A DNA stretch of 32,000 bases from Candidatus Thorarchaeota archaeon (GTDB taxonomy: Archaea; Asgardarchaeota; Thorarchaeia; Thorarchaeales; Thorarchaeaceae): NCBI GenBank assembly GCA_008080745.1, contig SHMX01000001.1, positions 240,001-272,000 of the forward strand, given 5' to 3'. The translations under genes and the position numbers were made by a program. Shown here in pieces: positions 9,195 to 16,941 of the stretch (its first letter is position 1; the number at the start of each line of letters is the position of its first letter). A model generated the notes under the pieces. It did no database searches. It was given only the letters and a program-made list of their open reading frames with translations, and was not told the origin of the DNA.

Positions 9195-10175
9195 ATGACA
9201 CCAGCAATTTCCGTGAGTGAACTGACAAAGATGTTTGGAGATTTTACTGCAGTGGACCATATCTCCTTCGATGTAGAGCAAGGAGAAATATTTGGCTTTC
9301 TTGGACCAAATGGTGCAGGAAAGACTACCACAACACGGATGTTGACAGGAATCTCGACACCAACCGAGGGTTCAGCACATATAATGAATCATGATATCCA
9401 GAGGGATTCCTTTGCTGCTAAGGAAAGAATGGGTGTAGTTACAGATCTCTCGAACGTTTACAATGATCTATCCGCTTGGGAGAATCTCATCTTTACAGGA
9501 AAACTGTATGGCCTTGGAAAAGCTAAACGAGAAAAGAAAGCGGATGAACTTCTAGACATGTTTGCTCTACAAGAGGTACGGAGTGAAAATGTTAGAGAGT
9601 TCTCAGGAGGAATGAAACGCCGTCTTACAATAGCAATGGCTTTGATCAACGATGCTGATGTGCTATTTCTTGATGAGCCTACAACAGGTCTCGATGTCCA
9701 AAGTGTCAGAACAATTCGAAATCTCATTCGGCAATTAAATGAGGAGGGCACAACGATTTTTCTTACTACTCATAATATGCACGAAGCTAATGAGCTTTGT
9801 ACTCGAATCGCTATCATCAATCAAGGACGTATTGGAATCATAGGTACTCCTGAAGAATTGAAGCAAGCAATGGAAAAGACCCACTCCATTGAGGTGATCT
9901 TTGAGAATAAAGAAAGCGAAAATCTTCAGATGTTGGAATCTATGAAGAGTGTTCGAGAAGTACAAAGACATGGTGAAAAGTACAGGTTGTATACAACAGA
10001 GCCTGCTGACGCTCTTAGAGAGGTCTTTGAAACTGCGCAGAAACACGGGAAAAGATTGCTATCAGTCAATACCCTGGTTCCAACTCTAGAGGATGTTTTC
10101 TTAGAACTCACTGGAGAGAAGATTGTTCATCGAGGGAAATTTCAGACTGCAAAGGGGAAGAAAAAGAGGCGATAA
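9195..10175 (+). CDS. ABC transporter ATP-binding protein (DrrA/ABC-2 type)
   Basis: Walker A GPNGAGKTT, signature FSGGMKRR, Walker B LFLDEPT, TTH switch, C-terminal TLEDVF. Confidence 0.97.
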   Translation: MTPAISVSELTKMFGDFTAVDHISFDVEQGEIFGFLGPNGAGKTTTTRMLTGISTPTEGSAHIMNHDIQRDSFAAKERMGVVTDLSNVYNDLSAWENLIFTGKLYGLGKAKREKKADELLDMFALQEVRSENVREFSGGMKRRLTIAMALINDADVLFLDEPTTGLDVQSVRTIRNLIRQLNEEGTTIFLTTHNMHEANELCTRIAIINQGRIGIIGTPEELKQAMEKTHSIEVIFENKESENLQMLESMKSVREVQRHGEKYRLYTTEPADALREVFETAQKHGKRLLSVNTLVPTLEDVFLELTGEKIVHRGKFQTAKGKKKRR

Positions 10176-10176
10176 G

Positions 10177-10947
10177 ATGAATACGGACACAGGTATAATC
10201 GACCGGTTACGAAAAGAGGCTTCTCGTGCAATCGCTATTGGATGGAAGGATATCAGAGTCTACTATCTCTCTCCACCTACCATGATGTTTGGCGTTATGT
10301 TCCCATTTGCGTTGTTCTTCACATTCACAGTGGGGAGAAATCTAAGTATCACTGAGATGTTTCCAATCCTTTTCTCACAGACAGTCTTCTGGGCAGCCTC
10401 CACAGTGGGCCCAGTTGTTATTCCCTTGGAACGTAGAACCAAGACCTTCGACAGGTATCTCTCGGCACCAATGTCGCTCATTTCAGTCATCCTAGGAAAA
10501 TCCATGGCAGGAGTGGTGTTTGGTCTTGTAGTATCGGTGGTTCCACTCGTTGTTGCATGGTTGTTCTTCTCTCTTCAGATTGTAGATATATTGCTCTTCT
10601 TTCTAGGTATCTTTCTCTCGTGTATAGCATTTGCAGCTATGGGAATAATGTTCGCAAGCATACCTACTGACAGTGTAGGCAATATCATGATGCCGATGAA
10701 CTTTGTTCGGATTCCACTCCTGTTCATAAGCGGTATATTCATACCCATTGAGACCCTCCCACTACTGGGTCAGATGGTCTCACTGCTCTCACCCCTGACT
10801 CACACATTGATACTGATACGTCTAGGTCTCGGTCTGGCCTCGTATCCAATATCACCAGTTATCAGTGTGATTGCACTCATACTCACCAGCCTTCTGTTCT
10901 TTCTAGTAAGTAGACAGTTCCATGAGATCAATAAGAAACGGGAATAG
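10177..10947 (+). CDS. ABC-2 type transporter permease
   Basis: ERRTKTFDRYLSAP, LGK, SGIFIP, PLTH; six TM helices. ATG 1 bp after the ATPase stop. Confidence 0.93.
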   Translation: MNTDTGIIDRLRKEASRAIAIGWKDIRVYYLSPPTMMFGVMFPFALFFTFTVGRNLSITEMFPILFSQTVFWAASTVGPVVIPLERRTKTFDRYLSAPMSLISVILGKSMAGVVFGLVVSVVPLVVAWLFFSLQIVDILLFFLGIFLSCIAFAAMGIMFASIPTDSVGNIMMPMNFVRIPLLFISGIFIPIETLPLLGQMVSLLSPLTHTLILIRLGLGLASYPISPVISVIALILTSLLFFLVSRQFHEINKKRE

Positions 10948-11008
10948 ATTACAAACAGGACTCACAATTCAAATAATCTTTATATCTTGCAGAGGAAATT
11001 AATCAATT

Positions 11009-11749
11009 ATGGCATGTGGTAGAAAAATCTTGGCGACAGGATTGCTAACAGTTGGCCTAATTCTGATTATATTTTCATCCATCATATTTGTAGGTCCAGC
11101 GCTTGTTCCAAATGCAACCAAAAGTTACGAGCATATTTGGGGTGGGGAAACAAAACTCTACATTGCCAAATTGGAAGCAGGTAACTGGACAGTAACCGTA
11201 TCATCCAATCCGTTTTGGGATTTAGAGATTGATATCCAAGTAACAGCTGGCAACATGCTTGTACCTTATACCATCGCAATTGCTGAAAATAGCTATACCG
11301 TGACCTTCACTCTGACTGAACCTACAGCAGTGCATATCAGATTGATAGAGAGTTCTGTCTATAGCGACTCATCTGGATTCTACAGCATCCAAATTACAGG
11401 AGGTGAGGCAGCTAATCTGCCAATTCCCATTGTACTTCCATCCTTCTCATTATTCTTACTGGTCCCCTTTGCATTTTGTATCTCCATAGTCATCATTACC
11501 CAAGTAGGTGTTAGAAGGCTGAAGCATACTTCTGAAACATCACATGTAACTAGCACCTCAACAGGAGACGTTATGCCCAGTAGAACAATATCAAGCGATA
11601 TACCTGATTATCGATCACCTCGATTGCCTTCGAAATGTCCAAATTGTGGCTCTAACTTATCAGAATCTAACGTTGATTGGGTGGGTCCATTGGAGGCGAT
11701 CTGTCTGCATTGTGAGGCTGTAATCAAGGCAAAGTTTGAACGTCTCTAA
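11009..11749 (+). CDS. Membrane protein with an extracellular beta-rich domain and C-terminal zinc ribbon
   Basis: N-terminal hydrophobic helix, beta-strand-rich middle, second TM helix, then CPNC...CLHC. Confidence 0.7.
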   Translation: MACGRKILATGLLTVGLILIIFSSIIFVGPALVPNATKSYEHIWGGETKLYIAKLEAGNWTVTVSSNPFWDLEIDIQVTAGNMLVPYTIAIAENSYTVTFTLTEPTAVHIRLIESSVYSDSSGFYSIQITGGEAANLPIPIVLPSFSLFLLVPFAFCISIVIITQVGVRRLKHTSETSHVTSTSTGDVMPSRTISSDIPDYRSPRLPSKCPNCGSNLSESNVDWVGPLEAICLHCEAVIKAKFERL

Positions 11750-11883
11750 AGATATTCTAAGAAAAACTCGCTCTGACATGGGTTGATTCCTACGGAAAAT
11801 TCACTTCGTATTGTTTTATTAGTAAGTTCAAGAAATGTATGTAATCCATTAGAGTATATCAATCACTTTAGCTAGGAGGTTTC

Positions 11884-12093
11884 TTGATGAAGAAAAGACA
11901 TGGTCTCATTAAGCGAGTATACATTTTACTTCTTCTCTATTGGTTTTATGTAACATACAATATACTAATACTCTTTTCAGTAGCTGAAGGGCCTGTTGCT
12001 GATGCTCTCTTTATCCAAGCTCTAGGTAATTTTCTTATGATACTGCTATTAGGGCTACTTGTTGCTGAAGTCACAGAAAAAGAGCAAAACTAG
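11884..12093 (+). CDS. Small two-TM membrane protein
   Basis: AGGAGG RBS upstream; two hydrophobic segments. Confidence 0.6.
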   Translation: MMKKRHGLIKRVYILLLLYWFYVTYNILILFSVAEGPVADALFIQALGNFLMILLLGLLVAEVTEKEQN

Positions 12094-12148
12094 AGCGGCT
12101 TGAAGAACCAAGACAGGATCAAACCACTCTAGATGAGTTTACTTACGA

Positions 12149-14290
12149 TTAGACTCCGTACCTATGACGATCTAGAAATTCCTGCTTCTTGGAGGGATTC
12201 CAGCTCGAAATTGACTGGACGTACCCCGTTACGCGGCTGAATACCTCTACACCTATATACCCGCACCGAGGACAGGGGATACGGCTGAGGTCTTCGATGG
12301 AACCGAACTTGGCGGTACGCCAGTCGATGCCGGCCTGATAGGAGCAGGAGGGGCACTGAAGAACGTCTTTAGTGAAGCTGAAGTAGGAGTTCAGAGTGCC
12401 CTTGGCGATTTTCTTAGTCAGAGCCCAGAGAGCATCAGGGTCCGGGTTGGCCTCACCGAGAAAGATGTGGGTGAGCGCTCCGCCGTCCATGTAGGGATGG
12501 AACATACCTTCCTTCTTGATACGCTCAGTAAGTGGAATCTGAGCACCAACGTAGAGAGTGGTGCTATTGGAGTAGTAAGGATTCTCAACATCGCCTTTGA
12601 GATACTTGCGAATACCAGGATAGGAACGATAGTCTTTCTTGGCAAGTCGTCCAGCCGCACTCTCTGCAGGGGTACGAGTCACGCCAAAGGAGAGACCGGT
12701 TTCTTCCTCGAATTCGCTAGCACGTTCTTTGAGGTATTTTAGAACCTTGATACCGAAACGGGTACCCTCGCGTTCATGAAGATGATAACCTGTAGCAATG
12801 TGAGCCATCTCCTCGAATCCGACGGTTCCCAGAAGGAACTCTCGTTTGGACATCTCAATGAGAGGGTCTCCATTTGGTTTTGGTTGCGTGTAGAAGGGAA
12901 CGCTACCACTGGCAATGAGTCGATCCATGAGCTGTTTCTTCTCAAGAATGACTTCTTTTGATAGTTCGATGTATTCATCAAGTTTTGAGAAGAGTCTGTC
13001 CTCATCAGCTCGACCGATCCATGCAGCACGTCCGAAGTTGGGAGTCACCATCTGCGAGGCACCAAAGACCATGTTGCCAGTGAGGAATTCTTCCATCTCT
13101 TCGTCGTTGCTTGCGGTCCAGAGGTGAGAGCAACAGCTGCTGCAACCAGCCTCGATACTGGAACGCCAATTGAGATAGTTCTCGAAATAGGGAGAACCAT
13201 GTTTTGCGGTCAGTTCTGCAACAAGCCGCCAAGATTCGTCATATTCAGGTTTCATGAATTCTTCTCGAAGTACGATATTTGGTTTTGGAAAACTGAAACC
13301 TTTACCCTTTGCATCGCCCTTCATCATGACCTCCATGAAAGCGTTGAAGAATTGACGAGCCTCATCCTCAAAGTCACCATAGGTTGTCTCGGTCTCTTTG
13401 CCACCGGGTAGGACGGCTGGCACGTCGCGCATGATTTTTGGAATTCCGGGTGTAAGATCTACGCTTGAGAAGATGACCTGTCCACCACGAGCTACATATT
13501 GTTGGGTAAGTGTGAAGATGAGCTGTTGGGCAGATTGTTTGATTTCTTTGTAAGACATACCCTGCATAAATGGTGCGAGGAATGTATTGAAGAAGAAATA
13601 TCCTTGACCACCCGCAAAGGAACTCTGTGCAGCTGCAAGCCAGATGGCTGAATGGTTCATTGCCACCGCAAGATGCTTAGCAGGACCTGCAGCACTTGAG
13701 TGCATTCCACCGAGACCATCTGGTGCGATACCAAGTTTCAGAACTTGACGAAGGTCCCATGTGGCACAATAATCACGAGTTGAGAAGTATTCTCGGTCTT
13801 TGATGTAAATATCGCCCTTCATATGGGCATCAGCTAGATGGGTAGGGATGCTAAGGTATGTGTGCTGCTCCATCACTTGGTCGTGAACCAATTTTGCGAT
13901 GGTTTCAGGATTACGCATAAGATTTGCATTTGATGTGTGGTCGCCAGGATCATGAATAAGTTGACTGAGATCATGCATTGGAATTCCTACACGAGTGTAG
14001 AGAATACGTTCTTTTTCGAGACCCATTTCAGCAAGAACACTGTTACACATCTCACGAATAAGAGGGCCTGATAGGAATCTGATTCCTGATGCAACTATTC
14101 GGTCCATGACACGAACCGCCACTAATTGAGCATCAGCACGACTCAGATGTGCTTCTAGGATAAGACTCTCAATAATACAACTCGCATCGAAGGGTTCCAT
14201 GGTTCCGCTGGTCGTTCTAACCCTGGGTAGTTTCTTCTCTCTCATTCGGATTTCCTCCGAATCAATGATAGTACTACGAATATCAGTCAT
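12149..14290 (-). CDS. nrdD: Anaerobic (class III) ribonucleoside-triphosphate reductase with N-terminal ATP cone
   Basis: ATP cone (VRTTSGTMEPFD...LSGPLIREM), AHMKGDIYIKD, finger-loop SCC, TPAES, YMDGG, CPSC/CPRC Zn site, glycyl-radical RVTGY. Confidence 0.95.
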   Translation of the reverse strand: MTDIRSTIIDSEEIRMREKKLPRVRTTSGTMEPFDASCIIESLILEAHLSRADAQLVAVRVMDRIVASGIRFLSGPLIREMCNSVLAEMGLEKERILYTRVGIPMHDLSQLIHDPGDHTSNANLMRNPETIAKLVHDQVMEQHTYLSIPTHLADAHMKGDIYIKDREYFSTRDYCATWDLRQVLKLGIAPDGLGGMHSSAAGPAKHLAVAMNHSAIWLAAAQSSFAGGQGYFFFNTFLAPFMQGMSYKEIKQSAQQLIFTLTQQYVARGGQVIFSSVDLTPGIPKIMRDVPAVLPGGKETETTYGDFEDEARQFFNAFMEVMMKGDAKGKGFSFPKPNIVLREEFMKPEYDESWRLVAELTAKHGSPYFENYLNWRSSIEAGCSSCCSHLWTASNDEEMEEFLTGNMVFGASQMVTPNFGRAAWIGRADEDRLFSKLDEYIELSKEVILEKKQLMDRLIASGSVPFYTQPKPNGDPLIEMSKREFLLGTVGFEEMAHIATGYHLHEREGTRFGIKVLKYLKERASEFEEETGLSFGVTRTPAESAAGRLAKKDYRSYPGIRKYLKGDVENPYYSNSTTLYVGAQIPLTERIKKEGMFHPYMDGGALTHIFLGEANPDPDALWALTKKIAKGTLNSYFSFTKDVLQCPSCSYQAGIDWRTAKFGSIEDLSRIPCPRCGYIGVEVFSRVTGYVQSISSWNPSKKQEFLDRHRYGV

Positions 14291-14292
14291 AT

Positions 14293-14592
14293 CTATTCAA
14301 CTCCCACATCCTTGCGGATACCATCAATGGTTGGAATCGTACCAGAATATAGCATCTTTAGTGAACCATCATTCTCCATAATTATCGAGGGCGTACTAGC
14401 AATGAAAACTTGTTCTTCTAATAATCTAAATTCCAAATCAGGGTCCATTTCTTGCAGATCAACTGTTTTCACAATGACTTCTCCTTCAGCAAACGCTTCC
14501 TCTAAGACTGCCTTAGCAGCAGGACAGTTCACACATTGCTCCTGCGTGAATAGGTATAGAGTAATATCTGTCGTAGTGATTCCTCCCGGCAT
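14293..14592 (-). CDS. Thioredoxin/glutaredoxin (NrdH-like) protein
   Basis: LYLFTQEQCVNCP CxxC motif and STPSII cis-Pro loop; 2 bp upstream of nrdD. Confidence 0.8.
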   Translation of the reverse strand: MPGGITTTDITLYLFTQEQCVNCPAAKAVLEEAFAEGEVIVKTVDLQEMDPDLEFRLLEEQVFIASTPSIIMENDGSLKMLYSGTIPTIDGIRKDVGVE

Positions 14593-14597
14593 ATGAT

Positions 14598-14710
14598 GTT
14601 TGCCCGGTCCTCTCCCCGGCGCAAACTATCTCAAATTTGCAATCTTCGCATAAAAGATTTGTCGCACCGTAATTGCCTCTCTGAGTGCATTCTAGTAGAA
14701 TCACAGAGGG
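14598..14710 (-). promoter_or_regulatory. Putative structured 5' leader (three hairpins) of the trx-nrdD operon
   Basis: Inverted repeats GTTTGC-CCGG/CCGG-C-GCAAAC (14598-14626), AATCTT/AAGATT (14641-14659), and an imperfect CTCTG..ATTCT/AGAAT..CAGAG stem (14677-14710). Confidence 0.35.
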
Positions 14711-14993
14711 TCGAAAAGAGGAAATGGTCATGACATGAATAAGTCACCTATAGTGCCTAATAACCTCCGATAATAATCTACACAATCCAAGGCTTAACTA
14801 TGTTAATACTCAAAGATTGTGCAGTTGCATCTAAGAACATGCCTTGAGTTTGGTAGTTCTTTGTAGCGCCCTAGGCATTAGAAAATAGAGTGGTTCTCGC
14901 GCCAATTGAGCGTGTACTTACGAGCATAAGAAAGATACTGCAAACAATGATAAGCCAAATGAAATCGAACAGTAAACGAAGGTTGATACAAAA

Positions 14994-15617
14994 ATGCCAA
15001 CTTATCTTAGAGTAAAGACCCCAGTGGATGGTTGGATACGGATAGTAAGAAAGATCATGTCCACGGGAATAACTCGACAGGATGAACGAAATAGTGATAC
15101 TCGCTGGTTGGATAATGTAATGATTCATATCATGAATCCCTTTGATGATCGGGTAAGTGAAATATACCCCTTCAGTGAGAAGGTACTGAAAGAGAAGTAT
15201 TCCACCCAATTACTAAATCCAGATAGGTTGGATTTTGACTACACTTATGGGGAGCGATTGAATGCTTGGGGAGAAGAAACTATCAACCAAATTGACTATG
15301 TCATTTCAAAGCTGAAAAGCAATCCACACACAAGACGTGCTGTTGCTACCACTTGGGATCCGAGAAAAGATATTCAAGTGGATGAAGTACCATGTCTGAA
15401 TCATTTTGTATTTATGAAAAGATTAGACCAGTTAGATATCTCCGTGATGATTAGGTCAAATGATATGTACGGTGCATGGCCTGCCAACGTCTATGCTCTA
15501 GGGGATTTGTTAAGATATGTTTCAGATGGGACCAATTTAATGCCGGGCACCATAACAACACTCTCTGTAAATGCCCATATCTATAAACATGATTGGGAAT
15601 CAGCTAACAAGGTCTAA
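14994..15617 (+). CDS. thyA: Thymidylate synthase (archaeal ThyA type)
   Basis: YTYGERL, TRRAVA..WDP, catalytic PCL, RSND, AWPAN, NAHIY. Confidence 0.93.
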   Translation: MPTYLRVKTPVDGWIRIVRKIMSTGITRQDERNSDTRWLDNVMIHIMNPFDDRVSEIYPFSEKVLKEKYSTQLLNPDRLDFDYTYGERLNAWGEETINQIDYVISKLKSNPHTRRAVATTWDPRKDIQVDEVPCLNHFVFMKRLDQLDISVMIRSNDMYGAWPANVYALGDLLRYVSDGTNLMPGTITTLSVNAHIYKHDWESANKV

Positions 15618-15654
15618 TAAGAGTAAGATAAATTTTTAACTATGACAGCGTAGT

Positions 15655-16302
15655 ATGTTTCCTACTGTAACTATGATGGAGTCGCCGAATTTGGACAATC
15701 ATGACAAGCAAATTATTTCGATGTTACTTGAAGACGGAAGAAGAAGCCTTTCGGAGATTGGCGACAAAATTGGGATGTCCCATGTTGCTATCAGCAAACG
15801 ATTAGATAGATTGCTTAGTGAAGATCAGATAAAGATTCAAGCAGCTGTAAATGCAGATTCTATCGATGCGAAGATTCTCTTTGTGGGCCTTGAGACGGAA
15901 AATATGGAAGTTACTGAACACCTCATTGAGAAATACAAGGACTGTCCCAGAATAATAACCTTAGCACCAGTCACCGGACGATACAATCTATTTGCAGTGA
16001 TGGTTGTTGAGGATACATGGACCTTAGAATCCATAATTGGTACCTGTAGTATGAGTACAGAAAAGGGAGTTAGAAAATCAGAGTCTTGGTTTGGCAATGC
16101 CCCAGCAATACCAAAATATCTACCTCTTGATCTTAGTCCCGAACAGACGGATAGCAAAACCCCCTGTGGAAGAGATTGTGCAACATGCAGAAGATATGAG
16201 ATTGACAAATGTGTTGGATGTCCGCCTTCTAGTGTTTATGAGGGGTTGCTTTGGAAATCTGATAAAACAAAACCACGCAGAAGAAGAAAAAGCAGAACCT
16301 AG
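15655..16302 (+). CDS. Lrp/AsnC family transcriptional regulator with a C-terminal Cys cluster
   Basis: LDNHDKQII..LLEDGRRSLSEIG..IGMS..AI.KRL HTH, VTGRYNL RAM domain, tail CGRDCATC-x7-CVGC. Confidence 0.88.
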   Translation: MFPTVTMMESPNLDNHDKQIISMLLEDGRRSLSEIGDKIGMSHVAISKRLDRLLSEDQIKIQAAVNADSIDAKILFVGLETENMEVTEHLIEKYKDCPRIITLAPVTGRYNLFAVMVVEDTWTLESIIGTCSMSTEKGVRKSESWFGNAPAIPKYLPLDLSPEQTDSKTPCGRDCATCRRYEIDKCVGCPPSSVYEGLLWKSDKTKPRRRRKSRT

Positions 16303-16347
16303 AGTAAGAGTTAACTTGGTTGATTCAGTCAATTCCTTGTGTGAAAA

Positions 16348-16935
16348 ATGGCAGATTACTTTGTTCACGATAAAGCAATTGTAGATGAAGGAGCAGAAAT
16401 AGGAAAAGATACGCGAATATGGCACTTTGCTCACGTGAGAGGAACTGCCAAGATCGGTAGCGGTTGTAATATTGGTAAGGATGTCTACATTGATGCAGAG
16501 GTGGTTATTGGCAACAGCGTAAAAATCCAGAATGGAGTGTCTGTTTACCATGGTGTTACCATAGAGGACGATGTGTTCTGCGGACCGCATATGACCTTCA
16601 CAAACGATATGTATCCCAGGGCATTTGGAAACTCTTGGGAGGTCGTGGAAACCCTCGTAAAGAAAGGAGCTTCTATCGGAGCCCATGCAACTATCGTCTG
16701 TGATACGATATTGGGCGAATATTGCATGGTGGGTAGTGGTGCAGTTGTTACCAAGAATGTGCCAGCTTATGGGTTAGTAGTAGGCAATCCAGCAAAACTA
16801 GTTGGTTTTGTCTGCAAATGTGGAATTCCACTCAAAGAAGAAGCAAGCATCACAGATCAGGAAGTAGTATTCAAATGCAGTAGTTGTGATGAAGAGATTG
16901 TCATTCCAAGAGATGTTTACGACCAGGTTGGGTAG
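16348..16935 (+). CDS. Hexapeptide-repeat N-acetyltransferase (WbpD/WlbB-like) with C-terminal zinc ribbon
   Basis: IWHFAHV, VKIQNGVSVY, FTNDMYPR, GASIGA, VVGNPAK, then CKCG...CSSC. Confidence 0.88.
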   Translation: MADYFVHDKAIVDEGAEIGKDTRIWHFAHVRGTAKIGSGCNIGKDVYIDAEVVIGNSVKIQNGVSVYHGVTIEDDVFCGPHMTFTNDMYPRAFGNSWEVVETLVKKGASIGAHATIVCDTILGEYCMVGSGAVVTKNVPAYGLVVGNPAKLVGFVCKCGIPLKEEASITDQEVVFKCSSCDEEIVIPRDVYDQVG

Positions 16936-16941
16936 TAACCA

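Noticed and set aside
12162-13411. Numerous 60-100 aa alternative-frame ORFs inside nrdD
   Set aside because: Expected by-products of a GC-richer coding sequence; no motifs.
14513-14731. 72-aa minus-strand ORF with a CEDC motif upstream of the thioredoxin-like gene
   Set aside because: It overlaps the redoxin gene by 80 nt in another frame and runs through the hairpin region; it has no convincing RBS or family match.
14593-14993. Cobalamin riboswitch or NrdR box upstream of nrdD
   Set aside because: No GGGAA/B12-box core on the nrdD-sense strand and no good match to the NrdR palindrome; only generic hairpins are supported.
16091-16686. Overlapping ORFs 16091..16384 (+) and 16120..16686 (-)
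   Set aside because: Shadow frames of the well-supported lrp and acetyltransferase genes.
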